Positions 41,947-52,949 of a stretch of DNA of 64,000 bases are shown here, piece by piece. The notes beneath the pieces are model-generated. The model was not told the origin of the DNA. It searched no databases and was given only the letters and a program-made list of their open reading frames with translations. Where the stretch lies: NCBI GenBank assembly GCA_965207225.1, contig CBDBLV010000005.1:1472001-1536000 (forward strand), read 5' to 3'. This stretch comes from Dehalococcoidia bacterium (lineage in GTDB: Bacteria > Chloroflexota > Dehalococcoidia > Plut-88900). Each line of letters opens with the position of its first letter. Position 1 is the stretch's first letter. The position numbers and the translations under genes were made by a program.

Positions 41947-43295
41947 TCAGGTCGTTGCGCAGGTTGAAGTTGGTCCCCATTACTACACCGCATTTCCCAG
42001 AATCCGTGTTTTCATTGAAAGGGACAGGCCAACGCTCCCCCTTTGAGCTAAATGTTTCCCACAATGAAGTTGTCCCGGAGGCAGGATCGGATGACCTTGC
42101 CTTCGATTCCGGTGATAGAGGCACTGACGGCCCGCACCTCCTTGCCTGCGTCCATCTATTTTAAGACTGCCTCCGACTTGCTGGCCTTGATTGACACGGG
42201 CCTTGGGTTGGGGCCTGAAGGAGGGGCCTGGCTTTAGTGTCATGGGCCAGCGTTGGATGCACGATCGAATGGACGGGCACATGGAGGCTGGACGTGCCTG
42301 CTGACACTCCGTGCAACACCCCTTTCTATGGCCTAGCTTCCAACCTTTTAACGGTTTCAAGCGTCGGACTTATCGCCTGACTCACCACGTACAACTCCCG
42401 CCTCTTCTCGCCGAAGTTGACAATCATTTGGACTGCATCGTCTTTCGCTGAGTCACTGCTACCGCTCGTGATCTTGCCCGGCATTGTCATTGAGTGGATG
42501 AACCGGAACTTAGGGACGGCCTCAAGCCGGGGGTCGTCGTTCTTGAGCTGTCCTTCCGTAAAGATTCATACCCTCGGACCAAAGGAAAAAATAGTTCGTC
42601 GGTCAGTCCCGAGGACGGTAAGTTCTGCACTCGGACCCGATTACCGAGAAGCCTCGGCAATGCACTACCTCCACCCGTGGCCGTACGCAGACGATACCGA
42701 GTCGTCAGGCCCGACCTGAAACATTGTACAACATATCATATATAGCACAAGGAATTACTACTGCAGTCATTGATAAGACGTGATACCATACATTCTTGGT
42801 TAGTGCCCCCCGCCGAGAGAGGACGGTGTATAAGGGCGGAGTGTGGGCAGGGCCCGAAGCGGCCATTCCATCTCCGGGTCCCTCATCCCGGTTGAAAGAT
42901 CGGGTCGTTACTAAGTAGAGGGATGACTGTCATATTTGACACCGGGAGCGAAAGCAGGAGGCTACGCAGCCCGTTGATGGGGCCATTTCCCTACTACACA
43001 TGTCAGGAATATCACCTACCGATTTCAAGGAGAAGACGGGCATGATGCGGGCCTGTCCTTTACACGGATGCCGGCTCCATCGTTTGGCCACCCTGACCCT
43101 CATGCTGGCGGCCTGTGTGGGAAGTGCGCTGACCACCCCAGATCCCGCCCTCGGTTAGGCGTCTTAGGGGTGTGGCAGTACTGGGACCAACACTGCAGGA
43201 GGAGTTGGAACGGGGGAAGCGGCTGGCACCAGGGGCGTCGTATGATACATCCGCTCCTGCAGCATGGCTTGCCTACTAGGTAACGGCAGAAGTAT

Positions 43296-44000
43296 ATGAC
43301 CGAGATCAACTCTCGAGACGAACTGCGGAACGAGTACACCCGCCACCCTATTAACCCGCGCTTTATCATACTGTCGGTAGCTACTGGCTTTAGTATTGTC
43401 GCAACTCTACTTAGTCTGTGGGTGACCCAGATTGAAATCGACCTACTGCGTCGGATGGGTAACCCCAAAGACCTAGTGGAACAATGGGAAATCCAGCAAA
43501 GCGACGATCAAGTGCTCGGTGCGGCAGTCTTCGCCTGCATATCTTACATCGCGTCAGCAGTTTGCTTTTGTTTTTGGATACACCGAACAACAGCCGGTTT
43601 ACGGGCACAGGGGGCTCCGATACAGTACTCTCCGGCATGGTCGGTGGGGTGGTGGTTTATTCCGATAGCCAACCTTTGGATGCCCCTAATGGTCATGCGT
43701 GACCTGTTTAGGTGCGCATACCCCCACGGACCAAGTCCTAACTGGCTGATCTTGTGGTGGATATTCACTTTGGCAACGAGCGTTCTGGACAGGGTGGTAA
43801 TGGCTGTGTTTCTAGACCTCAACACAGAGTCTTCCATTGAAGATTGGATACGTGCCGACCGCATCTACCAGTGGGTCGACATTGTTTCTGTGTTGTGGTT
43901 CATAGTGAGCTGGGGGCTGGTCTGGAAATTGACCAGTGGTGTTGAGAACCGATGGCGGGAGGTCTTGTCTCAGCCAAGCAGATCCATCCCCGATGTGTAA
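43296..44000 (+). CDS. DUF4328-family membrane protein
   Basis: WIHR...YSPAWSVGWWFIPIANLWMP...WW with multiple TM helices. Confidence 0.8.
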   Translation: MTEINSRDELRNEYTRHPINPRFIILSVATGFSIVATLLSLWVTQIEIDLLRRMGNPKDLVEQWEIQQSDDQVLGAAVFACISYIASAVCFCFWIHRTTAGLRAQGAPIQYSPAWSVGWWFIPIANLWMPLMVMRDLFRCAYPHGPSPNWLILWWIFTLATSVLDRVVMAVFLDLNTESSIEDWIRADRIYQWVDIVSVLWFIVSWGLVWKLTSGVENRWREVLSQPSRSIPDV

Positions 44001-44720
44001 TTGTGAAACAAACCCTGTTCACTAAAAGCACCCTCGCCGCCCTTATCACCTCAGTATGGGCGCCATCCCTATGGAAAGGGGTGCTGTTCTACGGGTCCCG
44101 GTACGACGACTATGCCCGTGCTGCCATCACCGGTAACCCCACCGACGCCCTGGTGTTCCCGGGCCCGACTCTGTGAGACGGGGGGATGATGGTGGCGCTT
44201 ACCCACAGGGTGGTCAGCAGAACCATTTTCTTGTGCGACATCTTGACGTAATCGCAATTATGTGCCTGCCTCTTCTCCAATACCATCTGGCCAATGGATG
44301 GTTCGGAGTCACCAAAAGGCCCGCAGTATGGTTGATCGAAGGCACAGCAGAATATGCTTCTTACCTCTATCAGACGCCGACCCGACCCGACTGTGTTCCA
44401 TAGCTGGTCAACAACAAGCCTTACCACTATGTGGAGTGTGAAAGGGTTCGAAGGCAAGAGACTCCGGGCGCAGAGGATGACAACATGGCGTATGTCCTTT
44501 AAGCGTTGAAGTCACTAGATGAATTCGATGCGCGAACCTACAGCTATCAGTTAAGTTTCGTCGCGACCGTTTTCCTGGTGGAGGAATTGCACACACCGGA
44601 CAGGGCGTGGCTGCAAATCTGGACTCTCCTAGATGGCGAACCCCGCTGACAGGATGCGTTTGAGGAGGCCTTTGGGATTGCCCTAAGCGACTCTTACTCA
44701 ACTTCGGTGGTGTCTCTCCA
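44000..44720 (+). pseudogene. Fragmented gluzincin-like peptidase remnant
   Basis: Isolated WLIEGTAEY motif among stops and frameshifts. Confidence 0.35.
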
Positions 44721-45106
44721 ACTAAAAAGGAGGATGGCTCCACGACCTCCTGGGCCTCACTAAACGAAGGAGTCTTCTCTAGTGTCTACCAGTGACAAAT
44801 ACATTTCCCATTGGGTGTCGAAGTCCGTCTACGATAAAATCCTAAATCACTCGAAAGAACGTAAGATTCCATTCAAGACGGCTTGTTACCATTTTCTTCA
44901 AAAGGGCCTTGTAGCTGACAAGGATTCAAACTGAGACAGTACCCATTCTTCACCCTCCAAATAAAGAGATGGCACACCAGAGAGTGTTGGCATGGCGGGA
45001 CAAACCCTACTCTCTAAAGTAACCAGAAAAAGAAAGAGCGCCATCTAGGTAAGGGACCGAATCGTGATAACGAACTGACCGGTACGATCCCTTGAAACTG
45101 GACAAA

Positions 45107-45448
45107 CTAGCCCCCCGGGGTATACTGCTGGATCTCACTGGCGAGCTTCTCAGCAAGTTGGCGATAATCCTGCGCCTCTCCCAAGAAACCCTCGGCCTCC
45201 AGGTCGACGGCCATGGCTTGGGCAAACGGTACAGCCAGTCCCTTGCACAGCTCGCATACGGTCCCGACCCGGGCTTCGTTCAGCCGGTCCTCAAGATAAC
45301 CGGTCACGCTTCTCCGATAGTCGGCTGAGGTCTCGGCCCCGCACAGAGCTCTCTCCTCAGTCGCTTCTTCGTCAAACAGGTGCATGTCCATAACTCCGTA
45401 ACTCCTTCTGTTTTCAACTACCCATGTCAATGATCCACGAGCTCTCAT
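45107..45448 (-). CDS. Hypothetical protein
   Basis: ATG after AAGGAG; HLF...ALCG and CELC motifs. Confidence 0.55.
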   Translation of the reverse strand: MRARGSLTWVVENRRSYGVMDMHLFDEEATEERALCGAETSADYRRSVTGYLEDRLNEARVGTVCELCKGLAVPFAQAMAVDLEAEGFLGEAQDYRQLAEKLASEIQQYTPGG

Positions 45449-45609
45449 ATCCTGCTCCTTCCGTGTTTCCGTACCGTCCCGGAAACGAGAAAATACCCCA
45501 TACAAAAGGACGCAATCGGTCCGAAACGCGAAAAAGGCCACACATATGGCCGTGCGGGGGAGGTCGTCGTAATATTGCGACTTCCTCCCCCGTGCTTCGC
45601 GCTGCGGCC

Positions 45610-46143
45610 CTAGAATAGCTTCAGCGTCTCCTGTTGCTCCGTCTTTGCTGTGGCATCTGCGTCCTTGGCCGTACCCTGGCCTCGCCGTTTCCGGCTCTTG
45701 GCCGGCGGTGCGGGCCGCTCGTAGACCGGATGCTTCGGGTTCTCCTCCCACCGTGCCCGCGCCCTCTGTATCACCGTCGGGACCTCCTCTGTCAACCCAG
45801 ACTCGTCTAGGCCGTCGAAGGTCTCGATGTGCGGGTCCGACGATGGTTGTTGGACCCCGATGGTGCCCCTGCTTCCTTTGATAGACACGACGACCTTCAG
45901 GTCAGTCGTCTGGGAGGTCTCATTCCCGGCATCCTTGGCGGGCTGTTCGCTCGGGGATGCCTCTTCCTCGGGGGTCTGCGCCGCCGCGTTAGCCGAATCT
46001 TGCGGACTCTCTGTGGTCTGCGCTTGGGATCCCTGTTCAACGGCAACCGGATCGGTTGTCCCCGCTGACGCATTGCCGAAAAGACTGTCCCCTGCACTTG
46101 GAGTGTCCGAAGGGGTGGTCTGCGTTCCGACTTCCTCAGGCAT
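45610..46143 (-). CDS. Hypothetical protein of the PRTRC-associated module
   Basis: GGAGA RBS; low-complexity N-terminus; co-oriented with the module. Confidence 0.6.
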   Translation of the reverse strand: MPEEVGTQTTPSDTPSAGDSLFGNASAGTTDPVAVEQGSQAQTTESPQDSANAAAQTPEEEASPSEQPAKDAGNETSQTTDLKVVVSIKGSRGTIGVQQPSSDPHIETFDGLDESGLTEEVPTVIQRARARWEENPKHPVYERPAPPAKSRKRRGQGTAKDADATAKTEQQETLKLF

Positions 46144-46181
46144 GATCTTCTCCTCTCCTAATGTGTGGCCGATCCTCGGGC

Positions 46182-46565
46182 TCAGGCCGGTCCCCTTCTA
46201 ATCTCCCCAAGGGCCTTGGGCTCCCAGTACAGGTCACGCTCGACAGCGGGTACACTGCCGAACACGGTAGCCTCCCCCAGCTCGTCCAAGCTGAAGTATC
46301 CCAACTCCTCCTCAAACCCCTGGACGAGGCCGAAGCAAAGCCCGGTCTCCGCGTCCCACTCGGTCACGAACCAGGTCCAGCCGCTGTAGGGACTGAAGAG
46401 CTTCATGTGGGCGATGACTGTGTCGTAGTCCTCGACGTTCTCGTTGGCGTAGAGGGCGGGGATGGTGTCCCCTATCTCTTTAGTAATCAGCTTGTGCCTC
46501 CGAAGGCCGCTGTGCTTGTCCTGCCACATGGTTGCGGTCGTTGCAGCAACTGTCTCGTTCAACAT
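46182..46565 (-). CDS. DUF2958-family protein
   Basis: KLFSPYSGWTWFVTE...FGLV.GFEEELGYFSLDEL...VERDLYW. Confidence 0.85.
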   Translation of the reverse strand: MLNETVAATTATMWQDKHSGLRRHKLITKEIGDTIPALYANENVEDYDTVIAHMKLFSPYSGWTWFVTEWDAETGLCFGLVQGFEEELGYFSLDELGEATVFGSVPAVERDLYWEPKALGEIRRGPA

Positions 46566-46619
46566 CGTTTAGCCTTCCTTTCCAATGAGAGTGCGATTCA
46601 AGCGTGCCGGAATCTACTC

Positions 46620-47426
46620 TCAGTCCTCAAAGTCCGTCGGTCCTACCAGCCGCTCCACCGCCTCCGGTGTGGCGTAGGCAGGCGTTACCGTGCCCTGGTC
46701 CATGTCCAGGTAGAGGCCCATGAAGGGGCACGTGCCAGCCACCATGCGGCGTATCACCTGCAGGACCAGCGACGCCATCATCTGGTTGATGGTGGGGTCC
46801 TGGTCGGTGAGGTCGAGGGCAGCAGCGCAGTCGACGTCCGGCGGCCTGGTCGAGACCGCGGTCAGCAGGTCGGGGCGCTGGAGTGTGGGCGCAGGCAGCA
46901 GGTGACAGGTCTCGCCCGCGAAGGTGGGCCCATCCCAGATGCACTCGCCGGAGACATTTCCGATGAGCACCTGTCCCCAGTTGGTGTCGTTGCCCGCGTC
47001 GATTAGCCACCGGCGCGGGTCTCCCGGCAGGGACTCGGCCATTGCTCGCCGTGCGGCGGCGTTGTCGGCGCAGCCGATGATAAGGCTGTCCCCGTAGCCG
47101 GGTAGGCCTGGATAGCGGTACCCGTACTCGCAGGATTCAGCCTCCCGGAAAGGGTAGACCGAGTATCCCACGGGCCGGTTGTAGACCCTGGCCAGCCGGT
47201 CGGCCAGGACCTGGCTCTTGAAGGCCCCCACGTCGCCGGCATAGAAATTCTGCCTGAGCAGGTTGTGGGGCTCCACCCGGTCGTGGTCGACCAGGACTAT
47301 GGTGGACTGGCGTCCTTGGAAGAGCCGGCACAGGCCCTCGGCGACGAAGCCGCCGGTGCCGCCGCAGCCGACCACAGTTATCCAGGGGTTGTCCAGCAGG
47401 AACGAGTTGTCCAGGTAGTAGGGCAT
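46620..47426 (-). CDS. ThiF/E1-like protein (PRTRC ThiF)
   Basis: VVGCGGTGG, DHDRVEPHNLLRQNF, IIGCADN and DAGN. Confidence 0.9.
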   Translation of the reverse strand: MPYYLDNSFLLDNPWITVVGCGGTGGFVAEGLCRLFQGRQSTIVLVDHDRVEPHNLLRQNFYAGDVGAFKSQVLADRLARVYNRPVGYSVYPFREAESCEYGYRYPGLPGYGDSLIIGCADNAAARRAMAESLPGDPRRWLIDAGNDTNWGQVLIGNVSGECIWDGPTFAGETCHLLPAPTLQRPDLLTAVSTRPPDVDCAAALDLTDQDPTINQMMASLVLQVIRRMVAGTCPFMGLYLDMDQGTVTPAYATPEAVERLVGPTDFED

Positions 47427-48079
47427 TCGTCGCTTACCTCCTCGTCTTTGAGATTCGTGCCTTCGCCCACCAGCCGGAGTCCAAAGTTCGGGCCGTCGAA
47501 CACCTGCCGCCACGCCACCGGAGCGAAGTATCCGTAGATCCCGATCCGGAGACTCAGCTGGGGCCGGCCGGAGTCGAGGCGTCCGGCGACGCCGTATATC
47601 CGAAAGCCCTGCTCGTCCTTATTGTCCGTCTTAGAGAAGAAGGCCCGGGAGACTCCGTGGGAGTGGAACTCGGCTACCACCCCTGCGGGCGGCGTGTAGG
47701 CCAGGGAGGTTGCGTCCCCAGCCTGCGGGGGCACCACCAGCCGGTAGGAGCGCCCGTCCCATCCAACGGCGAAAAACCGCTCGGTGTCGGGGTCGTCTCG
47801 GAACCAGCGCAGGCCAAACTCGAAGAGCCGGGTGGGGATGGGCCCGTGGGCAAGCTCCACCTTCTCGGCCACGGGTGCGAGCCCTCGCACCTCGCAGGGA
47901 GCGACGAGCACCCGCGCTGTCAGGTGGGCGCTCCCGGACTGGACATAGAGACCGCCCGCTCCCAAAACGTAGTCGAGGCCGATTCCGTGCGCCCCGCTCA
48001 GCCCATCCGGGTGATTGACAACGTAGCCGACCGGGTTCGGACGGGGGTTCGCCGCGGGACCGCCGCTAGCGGTAGCCAT
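47378..48079 (-). CDS. Prokaryotic JAB/MPN peptidase (PRTRC protein A-like)
   Basis: E...EFHSHG..AFFS.TDNKDE JAMM motif. Confidence 0.85.
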   Translation of the reverse strand: MATASGGPAANPRPNPVGYVVNHPDGLSGAHGIGLDYVLGAGGLYVQSGSAHLTARVLVAPCEVRGLAPVAEKVELAHGPIPTRLFEFGLRWFRDDPDTERFFAVGWDGRSYRLVVPPQAGDATSLAYTPPAGVVAEFHSHGVSRAFFSKTDNKDEQGFRIYGVAGRLDSGRPQLSLRIGIYGYFAPVAWRQVFDGPNFGLRLVGEGTNLKDEEVSDECPTTWTTRSCWTTPG

Positions 48080-48782
48080 AGCCCCGTTTCCCCTGAGAGG
48101 CCGCAATGACCTGGGCCACCGTGCACTGGGGAACAAGGTCCTCAACCGGGTACTCAGGCTTTCCATCTATCTCCTCCCATAGCGCGTGCAGGTTGTCGGG
48201 GTGCTTCTTCGAGCGCTCCCGTGTGTCCCCGGTGCCCGAGAAATAGGACTGGAAGAAGGACTCCGGTATCAGTCCCACCTCCTCGGGGAAGCGGTGGCTT
48301 CCGGGGCAGACCCGCCCATCCCGGAAGACGTTGAAGGCGGGCATCCGAAAGAGTTGCTGCTCGGAATCGGCCGGACGCTCCAGGGCCGCGTAGACCCAGG
48401 GCGCCCGGCCCGGCGAGCAAACGAAGACCAGCCCCGGCATGGGGAGCCGGAGCCGTGCGGGGGGCTTGAACGCCTCCCGCTGCAGGGCCACCGGCCAGAC
48501 CTGTGGGGGTCTCCAGAGGGCCACCAACTGCCCGGTCTCGCCCTGGTTCCACCAGAGCGCATCCCGGGGCAGCAGCCCCGAAGAGAAGCCTAGGTGCTGG
48601 GTGAAGACGTTGGCTATCTCGTCGGCCGATACTGTCCTGACCCAGCTGGTCTCGCCCTCGAAGCCCCGCAGCAGGAGGGTCTCGGCGTACACCTCAAGCT
48701 GAAGCTGGAGCTTGTCCCTGGGCATATCCTCCGGTCCCGGCAGGGACCATGCGGTCTTTTCCGTGGGGGTCGTCATGGTCAT
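48066..48782 (-). CDS. Prokaryotic E2 family D (PRTRC protein B-like)
   Basis: PMPGLVF...YAAL.RP....LFRMPAFNVFRDGRVCPG. Confidence 0.8.
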   Translation of the reverse strand: MTMTTPTEKTAWSLPGPEDMPRDKLQLQLEVYAETLLLRGFEGETSWVRTVSADEIANVFTQHLGFSSGLLPRDALWWNQGETGQLVALWRPPQVWPVALQREAFKPPARLRLPMPGLVFVCSPGRAPWVYAALERPADSEQQLFRMPAFNVFRDGRVCPGSHRFPEEVGLIPESFFQSYFSGTGDTRERSKKHPDNLHALWEEIDGKPEYPVEDLVPQCTVAQVIAASQGKRGYGYR

Positions 48783-49605
48783 CCTCCTTTCCTTGTTCTT
48801 GTTCGGTGAGCCGGGACAGGGCGAAGTCCAGCATCTCGGCGAAGCGGGCCGGAAGGTCCTCCTCCAGCCAGTCGGCCAGCTTGCATACCGAGTCCATGAG
48901 GGTGCTGGCCCTTCGCCACTCCTCGGTGCCCTGGGCGATGATCTCGTCATCCCAGGGGTCGCAGAAGCCGTTGTAAGCTCCTTCGTCGTAGCAGTCGTCG
49001 AGGAAGAAGTTGCCTGTCTCGGCCAGGATCCATGAAGCGGCCTGTGCGGCCCCTTCGAACTTCGTCCCGGTCAGCACCCCCGTGAGGGTTTCGAGAGCTA
49101 TTCCGCCTTCGGGAATCCTCTCCAGGGTCTCCCTCGGAATCCTCTCTGCGGCCGACTCCAGCCATGCCGTCCTAAGCCCGTCGGGGCCCTCGTAGTAGAG
49201 GTCGGGGGGCTTGACCAGCAGGGCCATGGCCGAGATGCCGTCCCGGTAGCCGTCCCACATCTCGTGCAGGCCCTCGTAACCGAATCCAGCCAGGTCGAAG
49301 GGAATTCCCCTCCGGAGCCATGTCCAGGACGGTTCATCGTCTTCCGCGAAGAACTCGATGTAGGGAGCATAGAGGGGGAAGTGCCGCTCCCCGAAGAGCC
49401 GGGCGAAGCGTTCCACCCTCTGGCGCACGTCGGGGACCGAGAGCACGGTCTTCGCCTCCTGGGGGAAGATACGTCGCACCAGGCCCGTGAACCATGCGTA
49501 GTCGTCGGCGTAGCCGACCAGCGTCACCAGCTCCCGCAGCGACGGCGGACGCCGCAGGAGCAGTTCCGTAACGCCGCTCAGGCGTAGCGGGACTGCAGCT
49601 TCCAC
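48694..49605 (-). CDS. Hypothetical protein in the PRTRC module (protein F position)
   Basis: 303-aa ORF packed within the operon. Confidence 0.6.
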   Translation of the reverse strand: MEAAVPLRLSGVTELLLRRPPSLRELVTLVGYADDYAWFTGLVRRIFPQEAKTVLSVPDVRQRVERFARLFGERHFPLYAPYIEFFAEDDEPSWTWLRRGIPFDLAGFGYEGLHEMWDGYRDGISAMALLVKPPDLYYEGPDGLRTAWLESAAERIPRETLERIPEGGIALETLTGVLTGTKFEGAAQAASWILAETGNFFLDDCYDEGAYNGFCDPWDDEIIAQGTEEWRRASTLMDSVCKLADWLEEDLPARFAEMLDFALSRLTEQEQGKEDDHDDPHGKDRMVPAGTGGYAQGQAPASA

Positions 49606-49808
49606 CGCAGCGCCTCGGCCAGCCTTCCGGTGCCCGAGGCGTAGGCCTGCGCCTGGTCGCAGGCCAGTTCCACCTCCGGCTGTCGTGCGGCCGCGGCGTC
49701 CAGGTCCAGGGAGCCGTCGGGCCGTGTGAGCTCCGCCGTGAGCTCGATGATGCGCAGGTTCACCCGCGGCGTTGCCGCAAGGAGCCCCGCCAGGGTGGGG
49801 GTGTCCAT
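49578..49808 (-). CDS. Small hypothetical protein
   Basis: ATG after AAAGGA; located within the operon. Confidence 0.55.
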   Translation of the reverse strand: MDTPTLAGLLAATPRVNLRIIELTAELTRPDGSLDLDAAAARQPEVELACDQAQAYASGTGRLAEALRWKLQSRYA

Positions 49809-49812
49809 CGGG

Positions 49813-50028
49813 CTATCCTTTCCGGCTCGGTGAGCGGTCGAAGACGCCCTTGGTTCCCACCCGCCGCTGGAACTCGTAGACGGCGTCCTCGCCCCGCTTG
49901 GTCTCCTTGACCGAGGCGTTGGCAATTTCGCCGTAGAAATCGGCCAGGGTGCTCTTCACCTGGTCGACGCTCATCTCCGGGTCGGGGTCGGGGAACTCTC
50001 TTCCGTCATAGACGAATACGCGTGCCAT
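49813..50028 (-). CDS. Prokaryotic ubiquitin-like protein (PRTRC protein C)
   Basis: RVFVYDG...DPDP.MSVDQVK....FYGEIANA...YEF.RRVGTKG. Confidence 0.85.
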   Translation of the reverse strand: MARVFVYDGREFPDPDPEMSVDQVKSTLADFYGEIANASVKETKRGEDAVYEFQRRVGTKGVFDRSPSRKG

Positions 50029-50122
50029 CGTTGGTCTCCTTCCTTGTCGATGCCTATATCCGTTTCCACGTGCGGGAGCGGCGGCCATCTGCCCTGCGAC
50101 CGGCGCTCCCGTGAACAGAGGT

Positions 50123-50770
50123 CTAGCGTCCGGCGCCGACCAACTCCCTCTCCTGCTCCAGCGCCCACTCGAACATGGAGAGGCTGGCGGGCTGGGGCTT
50201 GCCGTTGCGGCGCCTGGGTTTGACAGGCTCCTCGACCATGAACTGGGCCCAGGAGAAGAGGGTCTGCCGGGGCTCGTCGGCCTCTCCGTGGTAGCCGTTG
50301 CCATTCCCGTTGACCGGGACCGGCGCCAGCTCCATCGCAGGCCCGACTCCGAACAGGTCGTCGTGACCGTTGGCGTGGTGATCGTTGCCGTCCACCAGTT
50401 CCGTTACCGCCTCCGGTTCGACGACCTTCCAGCCGTCGTCCACCAGGTACTCTTCTGCGGCAGCCTCGGCGCTGCGGGCATGGGCGAATGCCTCTTCCAC
50501 GGTCCCGTCCTCGCCTTCCTCTCCGCTGACGATCCTCCGGGCCAGGGCCATCATCAGGTCGTCGCCCTCGTCGCCATAGGCGGCGAGGCCATCCTCGGGC
50601 AGCTCGCCCTCGACTGCAAGGGAGCTCTGGAGCTTCTGGGCCACCAGCTTGAGGGCGTCGGCCTGCAGGGTGTTCCGGTAGGACATGAAGACGACCTTTA
50701 CCGGGCGGGTCTGCCCGATGCGCCAGGAGCGGCGGGAGGCCTGTCTCATGACGTAGACCGAGTAGTCGTT
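50123..50770 (-). pseudogene. C-terminal remnant of an SF2/SNF2-type helicase
   Basis: DYSVYVMRQASRRSWRIGQ motif VI; the upstream part of the gene is absent. Confidence 0.7.
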
Positions 50771-51167
50771 CTTTGTCCTCCAATAGACACAAGAAAATAC
50801 GGTTCTCGTGGACAGCCGATTTGGAGGCGACCGGAGTCAAATGGTAGGCAGCAGGCTGAGGGAGACTACAGAGCTTCCGCCTTAGGTGGATCGAAGATTG
50901 GGACTGTCTGACCGACTACGGGTTCGAGCTTCCCCAGGCTTCAATTCGTCGGACACAAGCGCAACGGAAAACTCAGGTGCTCGTGGGCGGTCGATTTGGG
51001 TCCATTCAAGCTAAGTTGGATTCCTAGACAATAGGGTGTCCACAAGGCGCTGACGGAGAGGGCTAGCCAGCTGGCACGGGAACTGACCGTACCCAGGATT
51101 ACACAGCTGGGCTAGGTACTACAAAGGTTGAATCAGTGAACCGTGGCTGTGAGTGCCTGTCCTGCAC

Positions 51168-52946
51168 TCACGGTCGTCTTCCATTGTCCCGGCCAAAACC
51201 GTTTTGTTCATGCGCTGTTGACACAGATTCGGATAGGAACTCGGCCAGGACCTGGCCGTGCAGGTACGTGAAGTAGGTAGGAAACGCCTCTCCGATCAAG
51301 TTGCGGATTAGGTAGAGCGTTCGATTCTCCTTTGCGAGTGTCCAGTCGTAGAACCGAGGGATAGTCTGAAGGTCGCCACATTCCAGGATGCTTAGCACTC
51401 TGTTCTCCCACGGGTGAACCTTGAAGTCACTCCCTATGTGGCTTGAATTGGTGGTGATCGTGTACGCGGGCCTCTCGGGTCTCATACGTCGGTAGCTGGA
51501 ATGGAATCCATTGATCAAGGCAGGTTGCCCGTTTCGCTCAACGTAGGGCCGATTGCGCATGACCTCCCCGCAAGAGGGGCAGAGTATGAATTCAGGTGGG
51601 ACCTCATGCCTCCCGCACGACGGGCACTCGTCGTTCTCGAAGGCGCTGCGCCCCGAATTCGGGGGTATCTGGCTGACCTGCATGTATCGGTCGGCCCCAT
51701 ATGACGGTACGAAGTGGAGCCAATGCTCCCCGCGCGCCGCTTCTTCGGACTTGGCATCCAACTGATTGTATTCCATCAAATGCAGCCATTGCCGAATGCT
51801 TACCCATGGCAAAGCACCGTTGGCTGGACGCTCAGAATGGGTTGGGCACGGCAGAGGTGCCCCCTCGCCGGACAATGTACTCGCCAGAGATGGTTCGTCC
51901 TTGTGTACGGCGACCACCAGCGCACGCTTTCTGACTTGGGGAATGCCATAGTCGGCGACGTTCACCACCTCCGGGAACACTTCATAGTCAGTAAGGTGGT
52001 TGCGGATATGATCAATCACCGTGCCATCAGCACCCGCGTACGTCACGTTGAGTGTCAACACGGGACGAACATTCTCAGCGACTATGACTTTAGGCTTCAG
52101 CCTCCGGGCAACGGGAATCACTTCCAGCATCAGCCGGTTCTTTGCTTCTAGCTCTTGCGCTCTAGGACTCCGACGCTTGCCTCTGCTGGGGTTAGAGCTG
52201 CTCATGCCCTGACAAGGTGGTGTGGCTACCAGCAAGTCGAGCTGCTGAGATGTGGCCCGATGGTAGGCAGTTACTATTTCATCCTCACTGCCACGGACGT
52301 CCCGTGTAAGCCAGGTGGAACTGGGGAAGTTGGCGGCGCCGATGGCGGCGCGTTTTTCGTCGACCTCGACCTGCACTACAAACCGGAATCCGGCCATCTC
52401 GTAACCTAGGTCGCTCAGCCCGGCCCCGGAGAACAGAGAAACGGCGGTCAGGGGCCGTTCAGGTTCTGGCCTATCGCCCAACACGAAGTCGCGAATCGCA
52501 CTTCCGGTGGGTGCTGCCTGAATCAGTAAGACCAGTCGGTTGACAGTTTCCGATAGTGCCGGCTTCGTGTCGATGTCGTGCTCTGGGATGCGAAGCACCG
52601 TCCAGCCTTCGCCTTCGAGTGCGGCCGTGACTCGGCGGTCCCGCTCCACGTTGCCTGCGATCTTGTTCACCCAGAATTCGTCAGTCAATCCCTCGTGCTT
52701 GCCACATTGCGGGCAGCCGTGCCAGAAGCAACCGTCAACAAAGATGACTATCCGCTTGCCCGGAAGCACCATGTCAGGATTACCGCGAAGCCTTGTACCC
52801 TTGACGGCCTTGTACCCTTCATGCGTAAAGTACCGGACTCCTTGACGCCATAGTGCCGAAGCTAAGGTCCGCTCAGGGCCAGTTCGGCCCCGATTGTGTG
52901 CCATAGCCCTGTAGCGTTGGGAGGGCTTCATCACGTCCGTAGACAA
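51168..52946 (-). CDS. Vsr endonuclease fused to a C5 cytosine DNA methyltransferase
   Basis: N-terminal PD....FVDGCFWHGC...W.VLRI; then SLFSGAG, PPCQG, ENV and PQ.RKR. Confidence 0.9.
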   Translation of the reverse strand: MSTDVMKPSQRYRAMAHNRGRTGPERTLASALWRQGVRYFTHEGYKAVKGTRLRGNPDMVLPGKRIVIFVDGCFWHGCPQCGKHEGLTDEFWVNKIAGNVERDRRVTAALEGEGWTVLRIPEHDIDTKPALSETVNRLVLLIQAAPTGSAIRDFVLGDRPEPERPLTAVSLFSGAGLSDLGYEMAGFRFVVQVEVDEKRAAIGAANFPSSTWLTRDVRGSEDEIVTAYHRATSQQLDLLVATPPCQGMSSSNPSRGKRRSPRAQELEAKNRLMLEVIPVARRLKPKVIVAENVRPVLTLNVTYAGADGTVIDHIRNHLTDYEVFPEVVNVADYGIPQVRKRALVVAVHKDEPSLASTLSGEGAPLPCPTHSERPANGALPWVSIRQWLHLMEYNQLDAKSEEAARGEHWLHFVPSYGADRYMQVSQIPPNSGRSAFENDECPSCGRHEVPPEFILCPSCGEVMRNRPYVERNGQPALINGFHSSYRRMRPERPAYTITTNSSHIGSDFKVHPWENRVLSILECGDLQTIPRFYDWTLAKENRTLYLIRNLIGEAFPTYFTYLHGQVLAEFLSESVSTAHEQNGFGRDNGRRP

Positions 52947-52949
52947 AGG

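Noticed and set aside
51063-51115. Imperfect inverted repeat CTAGCCAGCTG / CAGCTGGGCTAG
   Set aside because: Long loop, no U-tract and no transposase nearby.
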